From an uncultured Myxococcales bacterium (lineage in GTDB: Bacteria; Myxococcota_A; UBA9042; CAIXZC01), in NCBI GenBank assembly GCA_964522395.1, contig CAZFVN010000007.1:25-64024 (forward strand): DNA of 64,000 bases, read 5' to 3'. Shown piece by piece: positions 1 through 9,295 of the stretch. The position numbers were made by a program, and so were the translations under genes. Within the stretch, counting starts at the first letter, position 1; each line of letters starts with the position of its first letter. Below the pieces are notes generated by a model that saw only the letters and a program-made list of their open reading frames with translations, made no database searches and was not told the DNA's origin.

Positions 1-56
1 ACCGTGGGGTACGGCCGTGATCAGATCGCCCTCCCCTCACCTCTATGCGCTCCTAG

Positions 57-85
57 TTGACCAGAGGGGCGGAGGCCCATACAAT
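57..85 (+). promoter_or_regulatory. sigma70-type promoter for the PKD lipoprotein gene
   Basis: TTGACC(57-62)-17 bp-TACAAT(80-85), 30 bp upstream of the ATG at 115. Confidence 0.65.
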
Positions 86-114
86 ACCATGAAACAACCC
101 TTAGGCGGGAGTCG

Positions 115-906
115 ATGATGAGAGAATGGGTGCTTACTGCAACGCTCTTGGCTATCGGTTGCAGCGGCGGTAACGACCCCCGCGTGCCCCTGGCGAAACT
201 CTCGATTCCGGCCTGCGTGGCGGCAGGAACCATGGTCACGCTTGATGCCTCAGGTTCCACCGACCCCGATGGCCGCATTGCACGCTATGTATTCTCGGTG
301 GATGGGCAAGTGAAACTCGCCAACAACCAACCTTCGGTCACAATTCCATTCGCCCAACCGAAGATCGCCGATGGCCAGTTTCAGCAATTCGCGGTACGCC
401 TTACCGTTATTGATAATGACGGTTTCGAGGCCCATGCGCAGGCGAATCTCTTCGTCGTCTACGAAGTCAACCAGTGCCCCGACGGACCTCCGCCACAGTT
501 GGATGTAGTCCTCCAGGATATGGTCGGCCTTGATGTTTTCAGCGGCGAAATCTCAGTGGATTCAATGGAGTTTGACGTGGGAAACGATGTCGTCCCCATT
601 GACTTCTCGCCTCCTCCCGATGGTTCTGGACTGTGCCCGAACCTGACGGGTTCCTACAACGTCCAGGTCTTCTGCTTTGGCACCCTGCATCTCGAAATTG
701 AATTGGCTTTGGAGCAGAAGGATGGGTGCCTTATCGGCGAGGAGTATGCTCTGGTTGAGGGCGAGGTGGACGAAACTGGTCAGGTGACGCTCTCCTCAAC
801 TTTCTCCGATTTGAACATGGACGAATGCAAAGGGGTGATGGATGACCCCGACAACTTCGCCCTCGAATGTTCAAGTGGTTGCACCGCAGTATTTCTCAAG
901 AAATAG
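115..906 (+). CDS. PKD-domain lipoprotein with Cys-rich C-terminal domain
   Basis: Lipobox LAIGC; PKD-like motif VTLDASGSTDPDGRIARYVFS...AVRLTVIDNDG; stop abuts the stop of the convergent gene at 907. Confidence 0.7.
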   Translation: MMREWVLTATLLAIGCSGGNDPRVPLAKLSIPACVAAGTMVTLDASGSTDPDGRIARYVFSVDGQVKLANNQPSVTIPFAQPKIADGQFQQFAVRLTVIDNDGFEAHAQANLFVVYEVNQCPDGPPPQLDVVLQDMVGLDVFSGEISVDSMEFDVGNDVVPIDFSPPPDGSGLCPNLTGSYNVQVFCFGTLHLEIELALEQKDGCLIGEEYALVEGEVDETGQVTLSSTFSDLNMDECKGVMDDPDNFALECSSGCTAVFLKK

Positions 907-2700
907 TCAATCCAGAGTAGGTAGTTCAGGGAGCTTTCGGTTCTTGGTGGCCTTGGCCGGCTTTGCCGTTTGAGGTGCCACTTCAATGGTGGCTGGGGGA
1001 ACAAGAGCCGAGAAACGGGCGTAGGCCGCTTTTGCCTTGAGTGGACGGAGCCACTCCAAATCGTTGAAACGGGCCAGCACGATTTGGGCCGTAAAGGAGA
1101 TGGGCTGGTTGGACTTCACTGCCCGCAGCAATTCAGGTGCATTTTCTTTGCGCATCAGCCGATCATTTACGGCAAATCCCTGCCGCTGCAACTGGGTGGC
1201 CGCCTGACGCGCCCACTTCAGTTTGTGCTGCGCTTCGACGAACTTGCTCCAGCGTTCAGCCCGGGGGATCGTTTCGTCCAGTTCACCATCAGGCGGAACA
1301 ACGGGGACGCGGGTGGTGTAGAGGGTTTGCAGTCCCCGTAGGGCACGTTTGCGGATGGCGCGGTTTTTCGACTCCAAGAGGGGGGTCAGCAAGAGTCCGT
1401 CTGAAAGTGTTCGGGAGTAGCCCAGAGCCTGTGCGGCGAGGGCGCACAACTCCGGGAGGTTCTTGCTCCCGGTCGCTTCGTCCGGTTTGGGAGCCCTACA
1501 GGTCTGCTCTGTCAATATCTTGCGAGCGACCTTCCAGACGCGTCTATGCTGATAGGTGGCAACTGGCTTGAAGAGTACATAGAGCGTGTCGATATTGGGC
1601 GCGCATGTCAACTTGCGCGAGAGAGTCTCATCTTCCTTGTCGGAACGCAATCTGGGCAGCAGGCTGACGGCCCTCGCTACGATGGTTGACTTGGCGTCGC
1701 AAAGGAGGTCGTCAACTATGGTTGCGACATCGACCCCCGGAAGTTGCAGCAGCGCGTTGAGCGAAGCCAGGCGTTCCTTCGTAAGTCCATGCCGCGCCCT
1801 GCGACCTAGGAGCAGGAGTCGCTCTTCCAGTAGCCAATCGTCCCGAATCAAGGAGCTGCGGTCCGGTCCGTAGTCACGGCACCCGGCCGCTCGATCCCAG
1901 TCGCTGCAGAAGATGCGGACGTGCATATGGTCGGAGTGCGGTGCAGAGTCACCCGGCTGATGCAGGATGGCACCAGCCAGACGGATGACCTTCCTCGGTT
2001 CCTTTGCCTGACGGGCGTGCAGCAGCAGCGCGGCGCGAATGGGACGGGAGACGAAGATCCACTGTACCACCGGGTCCTCAGATGTGACCAGCGCCTTGAC
2101 CAGTGCCCAATTGCGACCGACGTCGAGGCTGTAGGGGCCGGCTTTCAAGTCAGCGTTGAATCTCAACATCCGCCCGGTGGCGCGACTCCGCCCCTTCCGA
2201 TCGAGGGCGAAGAAGACCAGGTCAACATCTCGACCGCCCTGGTGTGATTTGCTTTGCACTATCGGTCCGCCGTCGGCCCGTCCGGCATTGCCGATCTCGA
2301 CGATGGCACCTGGAAACTCGGCGGCAACCGCGTCCCCGGCGTGCTCCAGAAGTTGGACGAGGGCGGGCTTTCCGTAGTAGGTGCCCCGCTGCCGAATGGC
2401 GGGCAGGAAGCGCCACGAGCGGCCCTTCAAATCCATCTTTTCGCTTCGAACCAACTGTCCACGATTGGCTTGTCCGATGGATGTGGAGCGGCTTGCCAGT
2501 CGGGCTTCGTGGAACCAGCCGCCAAGATCGAAATTGGGCCCTGCGGGGGCCTTTGCGGCAACACGGTCACGTTTTTTTCGCCGCTTCCGCTTCCTCGCCT
2601 CAACGGGTGACGCGAAAGTGATTAGCAGCACCAGCGACAGAGCCCACACTCCGAGACGACCCGAATGAAGCGAATGGAATCGGATTTCTCGGTGGGTCAA
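907..2700 (-). CDS. Penicillin-insensitive murein endopeptidase (MepA/M74-like) fused to a HEAT-like helical C-terminal region
   Basis: Signal/TM segment then basic stretch; SIGQANRGQL, YYGKPALVQLL, SHQGGRDVD (H-x6-D) and HSDHMH (HxxHxH) LAS-type Zn motifs; Leu/Ala-rich helical repeats after about aa 290. Confidence 0.75.
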   Translation of the reverse strand: MTHREIRFHSLHSGRLGVWALSLVLLITFASPVEARKRKRRKKRDRVAAKAPAGPNFDLGGWFHEARLASRSTSIGQANRGQLVRSEKMDLKGRSWRFLPAIRQRGTYYGKPALVQLLEHAGDAVAAEFPGAIVEIGNAGRADGGPIVQSKSHQGGRDVDLVFFALDRKGRSRATGRMLRFNADLKAGPYSLDVGRNWALVKALVTSEDPVVQWIFVSRPIRAALLLHARQAKEPRKVIRLAGAILHQPGDSAPHSDHMHVRIFCSDWDRAAGCRDYGPDRSSLIRDDWLLEERLLLLGRRARHGLTKERLASLNALLQLPGVDVATIVDDLLCDAKSTIVARAVSLLPRLRSDKEDETLSRKLTCAPNIDTLYVLFKPVATYQHRRVWKVARKILTEQTCRAPKPDEATGSKNLPELCALAAQALGYSRTLSDGLLLTPLLESKNRAIRKRALRGLQTLYTTRVPVVPPDGELDETIPRAERWSKFVEAQHKLKWARQAATQLQRQGFAVNDRLMRKENAPELLRAVKSNQPISFTAQIVLARFNDLEWLRPLKAKAAYARFSALVPPATIEVAPQTAKPAKATKNRKLPELPTLD

Positions 2701-2730
2701 CTGGTACCTCGTCGATTTGTCAGGGGCCCG

Positions 2731-5289
2731 CTAGCGGCTGCGCAACACTGTGCGCGGTTTGCCGGCAGCTTCGGGCGGTCCAACGATACCCTCTTTCTCC
2801 ATGCGGGACATGAGTACCGCGGCCTTATTGTAACCAATGCCGAGTTCCCGCTGTAGTGCAGAGGTCGATATCTTGCCTCGAGCTACTGCAATGGTGACGG
2901 CCTGGTCGTAGAGTTCGTCCTTGGGATCACCCGAACTGGCGCCGGGTTCGGCTCCCTCCTCATCTCCCGCTTCGAGGGTCTGCATTATATCCTGATTGTA
3001 CGCAGGTTGCCCCTGGCCGCGCAGATAATCTACGACTCGATTGCGCTCCTCGGTAGTGACGAACGCACCGTGGATTCGCTTCAGCTTTGAGCTACCTGGT
3101 CCCAGGAAGAGCATGTCCCCGTAACCAAGTAGATCGTCGGCACCATTCTGGTCGAGGATGACCCGAGAATCCTGCATCGTTCGCACCTTGAAGGAGATGC
3201 GGGAGGGCATGTTGGCCTTGATGATACCAGTGACAACCTTGATGGTGGGATTCTGTGTGGCGATGATCATGTGAATGCCGGCGGCTCGCGCCATTTGCGC
3301 CAGCCGTGCGATGGACGACTCCACCTGCTTCCCGGCCACCATCATCAAATCTGAGAGTTCGTCTATGACGATGGCGATATAGGGCAGCTCTTCCAGTTCT
3401 TCGTCGGGATGGGCGAAGATCTGCTCTCGCTTCACCCCGCTGAAACTCTTGGTGATCTGCTTCAGTGCGGCTTTGCCCTCCGGGCTATCCTGACGCTTAC
3501 GGACGAATTGGTTGAACTCGGTGATGTTGGGGACGCTGGCGGCAGACATCATCCGGTTTCGCCGCTCCATCTCGCCCACCGCCCATCGTAGCGCTACAGC
3601 CGCATCACGCGCCTCGGTTACCACCGGCAACAGCAGGTGGGGAATCTCCGCGTAGGCAGTGAGTTCTAGCATCTTGGGGTCGATGAAGATGAACCGCACA
3701 TCCTTCGGGGTGTAGCGGAAGAGAATGGAGAGGATATAGGAGTGTACTGCTACCGACTTCCCCGACCCGGTGGTTCCCGCCACGAGGAGATGAGGCATCT
3801 TGGTAAGGTCGGTAATGGCGGGATTACCAGCGATATCCTTGCCCAGGACCATTGGCAGACGCTGCTTGCCTGACTGGTAGCTGCCATGTTGGAGCAGTTC
3901 ACGAAGGTGGACCATTTCCCGAACTTTGTTGGGAATCTCGAAGCCAACCACATCACGGCCGGGAATGGGCGCAACAATGCGGACCTGTTCGGCGGCCAAA
4001 GCCATGGCTATGTCCTTGGAGAGGTTCGAAATGGTGCTCAGTTTGACCCCTCGACCCGGCTTGAACTCATAGAGTGCGATGACTGGACCCGGGTGAATAT
4101 CGCCCACGCTCCCGTCGATCTTGAAGTCTTCGAGTTTTTCTTCGAGCTTGCGTGCAGAATCGTGAAGCTGCACGTCGTCCACCTTCCTCCCCGAAGGTGC
4201 GTTGTAGTCAAGCAGTGACAAATCTGGCATGACATACTTCTTCTTCTTGCGCACCACCCGTCCGGAATCAGGAGGGATGTTGCCGTCGCCCGCACTCTCG
4301 ACTTCCTTCTTCTCGCCACCGGTTGCTGCCTCAAACTCGTCTTCCGAGATGAGGTCCGGATTGTGGTGTCGAACCGCTCTGTCGGTCGCTTCCTTGCTCT
4401 CCGTCTTGACCCGGTTCGCCCTGGTCTTATCATCGGCAGGTGGTGGCGCGTCCTCGGTTGCTTCTTTGGCAGCAAGCCCCGTCTCGGGCTTCGCCACGGG
4501 GCGCTGAACGTTGGTCATCTCGCCATCGTCCTTACGCACTACTCGGGGCGCAGAATTTGCACCTGTGTGGTCCCTCACGGCGAGGGAACCCTCGGTGGTA
4601 AAGTCTGCAGAGTTCTCGGCGGCTTTCGGTGCTCGGTGCGTGAGGGCCCGCCAGATTCTATGACCCAATACCCAGGGAACCAGAAAGAAGCTCTTGACGT
4701 GAATTCGGAAGATTATTGAGAGGCCCGCAACGATGGCGGCGATGGCCAGGACCCAGGTGCCGGCCGTGCCGAGCAACCTTGCCAGCACCCATTCACCCAG
4801 CGCCTTGCCGACGAATCCGCCCCATCCCTGGGGTAGGGCTGTGGCTTCAGGGGTCAAAAAATGGAGTAGGACAGCCACCGGAAGAACGATTACCGAGATG
4901 CCCAACAGGTGTTCCCGGCGGAGGACCGCGAACCGCTGGGCGATGAGGAGGGCTCCAAAAAGGACGGTGGCCATGGCCAGTAAGACCCCCGCCATCCCGA
5001 GCATGAAGTAGACGTGAAGTGCGAGGTGGGCACCAACGGGGCCGATAAGGTTGCTGCCCTCCGCCATCCCGCCTTCGCTGCGACGCAGGACAAACGAGAG
5101 CAACGCGAGCAGCATCAATGAGCCGAGCACCGATATCCCCAGGCCCCATACGCCGCTCTCCATTCGTACGAAGAAGCTGCGGCCTTCGGCGATAGTCCTG
5201 GTGCGCTTCGAAGGAGCAGCCTTCCCTTTGGCCTTCGGCTTGGCTTTGGTCCTCGCTTTTGCTTTCGTTCCCGTTTTCGTCTTTGCCAT
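2731..5289 (-). CDS. ftsK: DNA translocase FtsK/SpoIIIE
   Basis: N-terminal TM helices, linker, GPVIALYE, PHLLVAGTTGSGKS Walker A, IVIDELSDLM Walker B, gamma domain (STSALQRELGIGYNKAA); start moved from 5307 to ATG 5289 (AGGAG RBS). Confidence 0.95.
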   Translation of the reverse strand: MAKTKTGTKAKARTKAKPKAKGKAAPSKRTRTIAEGRSFFVRMESGVWGLGISVLGSLMLLALLSFVLRRSEGGMAEGSNLIGPVGAHLALHVYFMLGMAGVLLAMATVLFGALLIAQRFAVLRREHLLGISVIVLPVAVLLHFLTPEATALPQGWGGFVGKALGEWVLARLLGTAGTWVLAIAAIVAGLSIIFRIHVKSFFLVPWVLGHRIWRALTHRAPKAAENSADFTTEGSLAVRDHTGANSAPRVVRKDDGEMTNVQRPVAKPETGLAAKEATEDAPPPADDKTRANRVKTESKEATDRAVRHHNPDLISEDEFEAATGGEKKEVESAGDGNIPPDSGRVVRKKKKYVMPDLSLLDYNAPSGRKVDDVQLHDSARKLEEKLEDFKIDGSVGDIHPGPVIALYEFKPGRGVKLSTISNLSKDIAMALAAEQVRIVAPIPGRDVVGFEIPNKVREMVHLRELLQHGSYQSGKQRLPMVLGKDIAGNPAITDLTKMPHLLVAGTTGSGKSVAVHSYILSILFRYTPKDVRFIFIDPKMLELTAYAEIPHLLLPVVTEARDAAVALRWAVGEMERRNRMMSAASVPNITEFNQFVRKRQDSPEGKAALKQITKSFSGVKREQIFAHPDEELEELPYIAIVIDELSDLMMVAGKQVESSIARLAQMARAAGIHMIIATQNPTIKVVTGIIKANMPSRISFKVRTMQDSRVILDQNGADDLLGYGDMLFLGPGSSKLKRIHGAFVTTEERNRVVDYLRGQGQPAYNQDIMQTLEAGDEEGAEPGASSGDPKDELYDQAVTIAVARGKISTSALQRELGIGYNKAAVLMSRMEKEGIVGPPEAAGKPRTVLRSR

Positions 5290-5384
5290 ACACAGACTCC
5301 TAGCCAACCGATCTTAAACCAGATCTGATATAGGGCAAATAATGGAAGGGGCAGATCTGTCCGGATTCAGACGTCAAGACGACC

Positions 5385-5987
5385 CTATTGTCGCCGGCGC
5401 CGCCACAAGATCACCGCGACCGCTATGAACACGACTATCCAAACCACCTGGAAGTAGCGGGTGAAGAGCTCTTCGAGTAAGGGCAGATTGTCACCCACCA
5501 CGAAGCCTGCACCGAGAAGTAGAGCGGTCCACAGTGCGGCCGAAAGAGTCGCATAGAAGAGTACCGCTGTCACTGGCAGGCGAGCCATGCCGGCAGCCAC
5601 GAAAAAGAGCGCTCGAATTCCCGGCAAGAAGCGATTTACCACGAGGAGAGCGGGCCCATACTTCCGGAAACCAGCCAGGACGTTGTGGAGGGCCGTTTCA
5701 TGGTTGGCGATTCGTCGGCGCCGGGTCAGACGTTCGGGGCTGAGGATGTGACGTCCCACAAGATAGTCGGCCATCGCCCCAACGAGGTTGCCAGCCATCA
5801 GGGCACCAAAAACCAACAGGATGCTCCAGTCTCCAAGGCGCGCCAGCACGGCCCCGGCCAAAGTAACTGTGTCGCCAGGAAAGGGCGGGAAGATGTATTC
5901 GATGGCCGCGGCTCCGGCAAGAATGGGTACCGCCCACCACTGACCATGCTCCACCAGAGTTCTCACCGTCTGCTGAAGAGATTCCAT
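5385..5987 (-). CDS. DedA family membrane protein
   Basis: IEYIFPPFPGDTVTLAGA and LLVVNRFLPGIRALFF DedA motifs. Confidence 0.85.
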   Translation of the reverse strand: MESLQQTVRTLVEHGQWWAVPILAGAAAIEYIFPPFPGDTVTLAGAVLARLGDWSILLVFGALMAGNLVGAMADYLVGRHILSPERLTRRRRIANHETALHNVLAGFRKYGPALLVVNRFLPGIRALFFVAAGMARLPVTAVLFYATLSAALWTALLLGAGFVVGDNLPLLEELFTRYFQVVWIVVFIAVAVILWRRRRQ

Positions 5988-5990
5988 GAT

Positions 5991-7367
5991 CTAGGTGTCG
6001 ATCGGGTGTTTCGAGAATATCCACGTGCCGATCGCGACGAAAACCGCTCCAGCGGGGAAACAAAGGTAGATTCCCAAGGGGGAAACTCGCGTGTTACCCA
6101 GTGCTAGCAAGCCGACCACGGCGGCCTGTGCCATCCCAATACCTGCCTTTGTCAGAAGTGCCGTGGCACCGGTGTAAGTGCCTTCCCGTCGGACGCCCGT
6201 GCGCTCGGCTTCGTAGTCCACCACGTCGCCATAGATGGCGTTGGGTAGGACCAGGGCGGCCGAAACGGGAAACCCGAGGACAACGAAGAGCAAGATGGCA
6301 GGGATGGCCGGGTCGGGGAAGAGGGCGGTGGCGGGCGTAAGCAAGAGGACGACGGTCATGATGATTCCGGCCAAAACAAAGAGTCGTCGTTTGCCGAGCC
6401 GTCCCGTAAGCACGTTGACTATGGGTATGCATAGCGCGGCCAATACGACCACTGCTGCCTGCAGCGCACCGGCCCACGACTCCCCATCTTCGTAAGGAAT
6501 GAGACCCGCTTCACCCGGGGCCGCCGCAAGCACCTGAGTGGCCAGATAGGGAATCGAAGCGATGACCATGGTGAGTCCCATTTGAATCAGCGCTGCCATG
6601 GCCAGATAGGTGCGGAACGCAGGGTTTCCAAAGGCTGTGGCGAGACCTTTGAATAGCCCCTTCGGGACCGCTTTCTCTCTTGAGTAGGGTCTCTCACGGA
6701 TATTGATCAGGGGGGCCCAGAAGAGGATCAGCAGCGAGAACGCAGCCAACACCGCCATCAACTGGATGCCGCTGGGAATGTGGAATCCGAGGAGGTTGAT
6801 ACCCTCCTTGAAATTGGACTGCAAGGAGCCCACGGCCCCCAGCCCTACGGCGAGTCCGAGTACGGTGAAGATAGCCATACTGCTTGAGAGCTGGACACGC
6901 TCCCTGCTGCTCTCGGCAATCTCGGGAATCAGCGCGAAGTAGGGGGCAACCACCAACGTGAAGGCGAACCAGTAGAAACAGAGGGTCGCCACGAGATAGG
7001 TCGAGTTGGCGAAGGACCCCGGGGCAAAGGGAGGGAACCAGAGGGCGAGAAACGAGAGGGCGAGAATCGGCCCGCCAAAGAGCAAGAAGGGCAGGCGTCG
7101 GCCCCAGCGATTGCGGCTCCGGTCTGACCAGTAGCCCACTAGCGGGTCGGCGATGGCATCGACGATGCGCCCGACCAATTGGGCAACCGCAAAAGCGGAG
7201 GCCGCCACGAGCGCGACCTTCCCTGCACCGGCATCTTCTGGTGGCAGATAGAAGTATGTAAGCCACCCACCAAAGAGGGCTCCAGATAGATTCATGGCGA
7301 AGCTGGGGAGACCGAAAGTAGTCTTCTGGCCGACGGTTAGCTGGCGGGGCTGGGGGACGTCACTCAT
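5991..7367 (-). CDS. MFS transporter, glycoside-pentoside-hexuronide (MelB/Mfsd2-like) family
   Basis: GRIVDAIADPLVGYWSDRSRNRWGRRLPF signature; about 12 hydrophobic segments; YGDVVDYEAERTGVRREGTY loop motif. Confidence 0.85.
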   Translation of the reverse strand: MSDVPQPRQLTVGQKTTFGLPSFAMNLSGALFGGWLTYFYLPPEDAGAGKVALVAASAFAVAQLVGRIVDAIADPLVGYWSDRSRNRWGRRLPFLLFGGPILALSFLALWFPPFAPGSFANSTYLVATLCFYWFAFTLVVAPYFALIPEIAESSRERVQLSSSMAIFTVLGLAVGLGAVGSLQSNFKEGINLLGFHIPSGIQLMAVLAAFSLLILFWAPLINIRERPYSREKAVPKGLFKGLATAFGNPAFRTYLAMAALIQMGLTMVIASIPYLATQVLAAAPGEAGLIPYEDGESWAGALQAAVVVLAALCIPIVNVLTGRLGKRRLFVLAGIIMTVVLLLTPATALFPDPAIPAILLFVVLGFPVSAALVLPNAIYGDVVDYEAERTGVRREGTYTGATALLTKAGIGMAQAAVVGLLALGNTRVSPLGIYLCFPAGAVFVAIGTWIFSKHPIDT

Positions 7368-8565
7368 GGTTCAGTTGCTCCGAGAGCGTGGCAATTGTCG
7401 ACACGACGGTGGCGGCCATATGGGGCCCCACTGACATGGTCTGCTCGTACTTGTACTCCTTGTTGCGGAAGAAATCGACGGGAATAATGTATCCAAGTTC
7501 GTCCTGTCCCAGCGCCATCAGCATGGCTGGCTCTCCACCTATGGCCTCCGCTATTTGGTCACCGACTTCGGGGGAGGGTTCACCTGGCACCGAAGCAATG
7601 CGTAGCGCCCCGATGCGACCTGCAAAGACCTCTGTCTGGATGGTGCCGTCGCCCATGGGCCGCGGGATCAGCCCGACTTTGTGGGCAAACGTGAAGCGGC
7701 GATTCTCGTTGGGGATGCTAAGTTGTTTTCTGGCGGTGCGGACGGGCCCGTCCAGGGGGCTGGCATCCATTGCCTGACGATGGGTCAATTCAGCTAGCAT
7801 ACGGCCGAAAAACTCGATGTATCGGACCCGGTCATCAAGGTCCGCCCCCACCGGAACCGCAGGCGTCAACATCGCCCCCAGCGGGCCGCTGAAAAAGAGC
7901 GGGTGACGCCATCCCAGGGCTGCGAGGTGGTTGCGCAGGGGGGCCGGATAGTCGGGGCTGAGCGACCTGTTATCTTCCCATAGCGCCTCGGGGTGAGCTG
8001 CATAGTTGAGGAGCAGAGCGTAGGGCCCATCTTTGTCGTGTGCAGTCAAGACTGTGGCCCGCGGGAAGTGGCCTCCGGCCTGTCGATCGTTGCGCACCCA
8101 ATGGGGAGGTGCTTCAAAAGAGGTGGCCGCGAGCTCCACCGGTCTCAGTCCCGCGCAGGCCTCCTCGACGGCGCGTCCTGCCAACTCCACCACCCGGTCG
8201 AGATAGTCGAGGTTTACTCCAGAGCGGTAGTTAACGCCAAACAGAGCAGGCCCCCAAAGGCCCAGAGTGTCCGGGCCGGAGTGAGTGTGGGTACTGCAGA
8301 CGAGAAGCTGTTCAGGGGCCACCAGATGTGCAACCCGAGTTCGAATCCGTTCAACCACTGGATTCAGTAGTCCGATGAGGTCCGCAGTGACCATGCAGAC
8401 TCTCCCCTGCGTCCCATCATCGATGACCAGGGCGCTGATCCCCAGGGGGTGCAATATAGATGTTGCCGTCCGATTTGGTGCGAAGCCGGCAAGATAGACC
8501 GGCTCGCGTAGCGAAGGTGTGATATCGATGGTGGCCGCACCGGCCCTATATTGTGCTGCGGACAT
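7360..8565 (-). CDS. Neutral/alkaline ceramidase-like amidohydrolase
   Basis: DITP..YLAGF, STHTHSGP, NYAAHPE, ELGYI, YE motifs; stop overlaps the MFS start. Confidence 0.7.
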   Translation of the reverse strand: MSAAQYRAGAATIDITPSLREPVYLAGFAPNRTATSILHPLGISALVIDDGTQGRVCMVTADLIGLLNPVVERIRTRVAHLVAPEQLLVCSTHTHSGPDTLGLWGPALFGVNYRSGVNLDYLDRVVELAGRAVEEACAGLRPVELAATSFEAPPHWVRNDRQAGGHFPRATVLTAHDKDGPYALLLNYAAHPEALWEDNRSLSPDYPAPLRNHLAALGWRHPLFFSGPLGAMLTPAVPVGADLDDRVRYIEFFGRMLAELTHRQAMDASPLDGPVRTARKQLSIPNENRRFTFAHKVGLIPRPMGDGTIQTEVFAGRIGALRIASVPGEPSPEVGDQIAEAIGGEPAMLMALGQDELGYIIPVDFFRNKEYKYEQTMSVGPHMAATVVSTIATLSEQLNHE

Positions 8566-8726
8566 GCCCGCTTCCCCAGTCTTTCCTGGCCTCTGTTACC
8601 CCGTTAAACCACCCCGAAAGTCCTTGACTGATTATGGTACGGCTGCGAACCTGTTGTCAACGCTGGGCAATGGCCGTCTAAGGCATTCTTCGATGCCTTG
8701 GAACGGCAGTCAAGGAGTCGCTAACG

Positions 8727-9293
8727 ATGCGGTCAAAGTCTGAGAATCTGCTTTTGGTGGGGTTGGTTGCACTGGCCCTGGGGAGCGGGAGCTGTCAGTC
8801 GACAGTTTCCACCTATCTCGATTGTTCATGTTGCCTGGGAACGGACGATACCGGGGCCACGCCCGATTTCGGCGTGGCAGTGGAACCCATCGTCGGCCAG
8901 GCTTGCGAAGCAAATGATGAGTGTGAGTTGGAGACCTGCCTTAACAAGGAGTTCCTTGCCGGGTTTGGAGTCGAAAACGAACTTATCGATATTCCCAACG
9001 GGATGTGCTCGAAACTTCTATGCACGGATGACGAATCTTGTGGTCCCAACGGCATTTGCTTCGACAGCGAGCCCTTTTCTGGAGCCACCATTAAGATCTG
9101 CCTGCTAAGTTGCGACGAGATGGTCGATTGCCGTTGGCAGGAGGGCTACTCCTGCTACTCTTCCCCCGCTGACCCCGATGACCCCGAGGCTGGTTTCATT
9201 CAGGCCTGTCTACCCGACAGTCTGATCGTGGCCATTGAGTGTGACGACGGTCACTGCGATTCGGCGGAACCGGCCGACGGGGAGGAGGGATAG
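8727..9293 (+). CDS. Cys-rich acidic lipoprotein
   Basis: Lipobox GSGSC; many Cys (CEANDEC, CSKLLCTDDESCGPNGIC); AAGGAG RBS. Confidence 0.7.
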   Translation: MRSKSENLLLVGLVALALGSGSCQSTVSTYLDCSCCLGTDDTGATPDFGVAVEPIVGQACEANDECELETCLNKEFLAGFGVENELIDIPNGMCSKLLCTDDESCGPNGICFDSEPFSGATIKICLLSCDEMVDCRWQEGYSCYSSPADPDDPEAGFIQACLPDSLIVAIECDDGHCDSAEPADGEEG

Positions 9294-9295
9294 CC

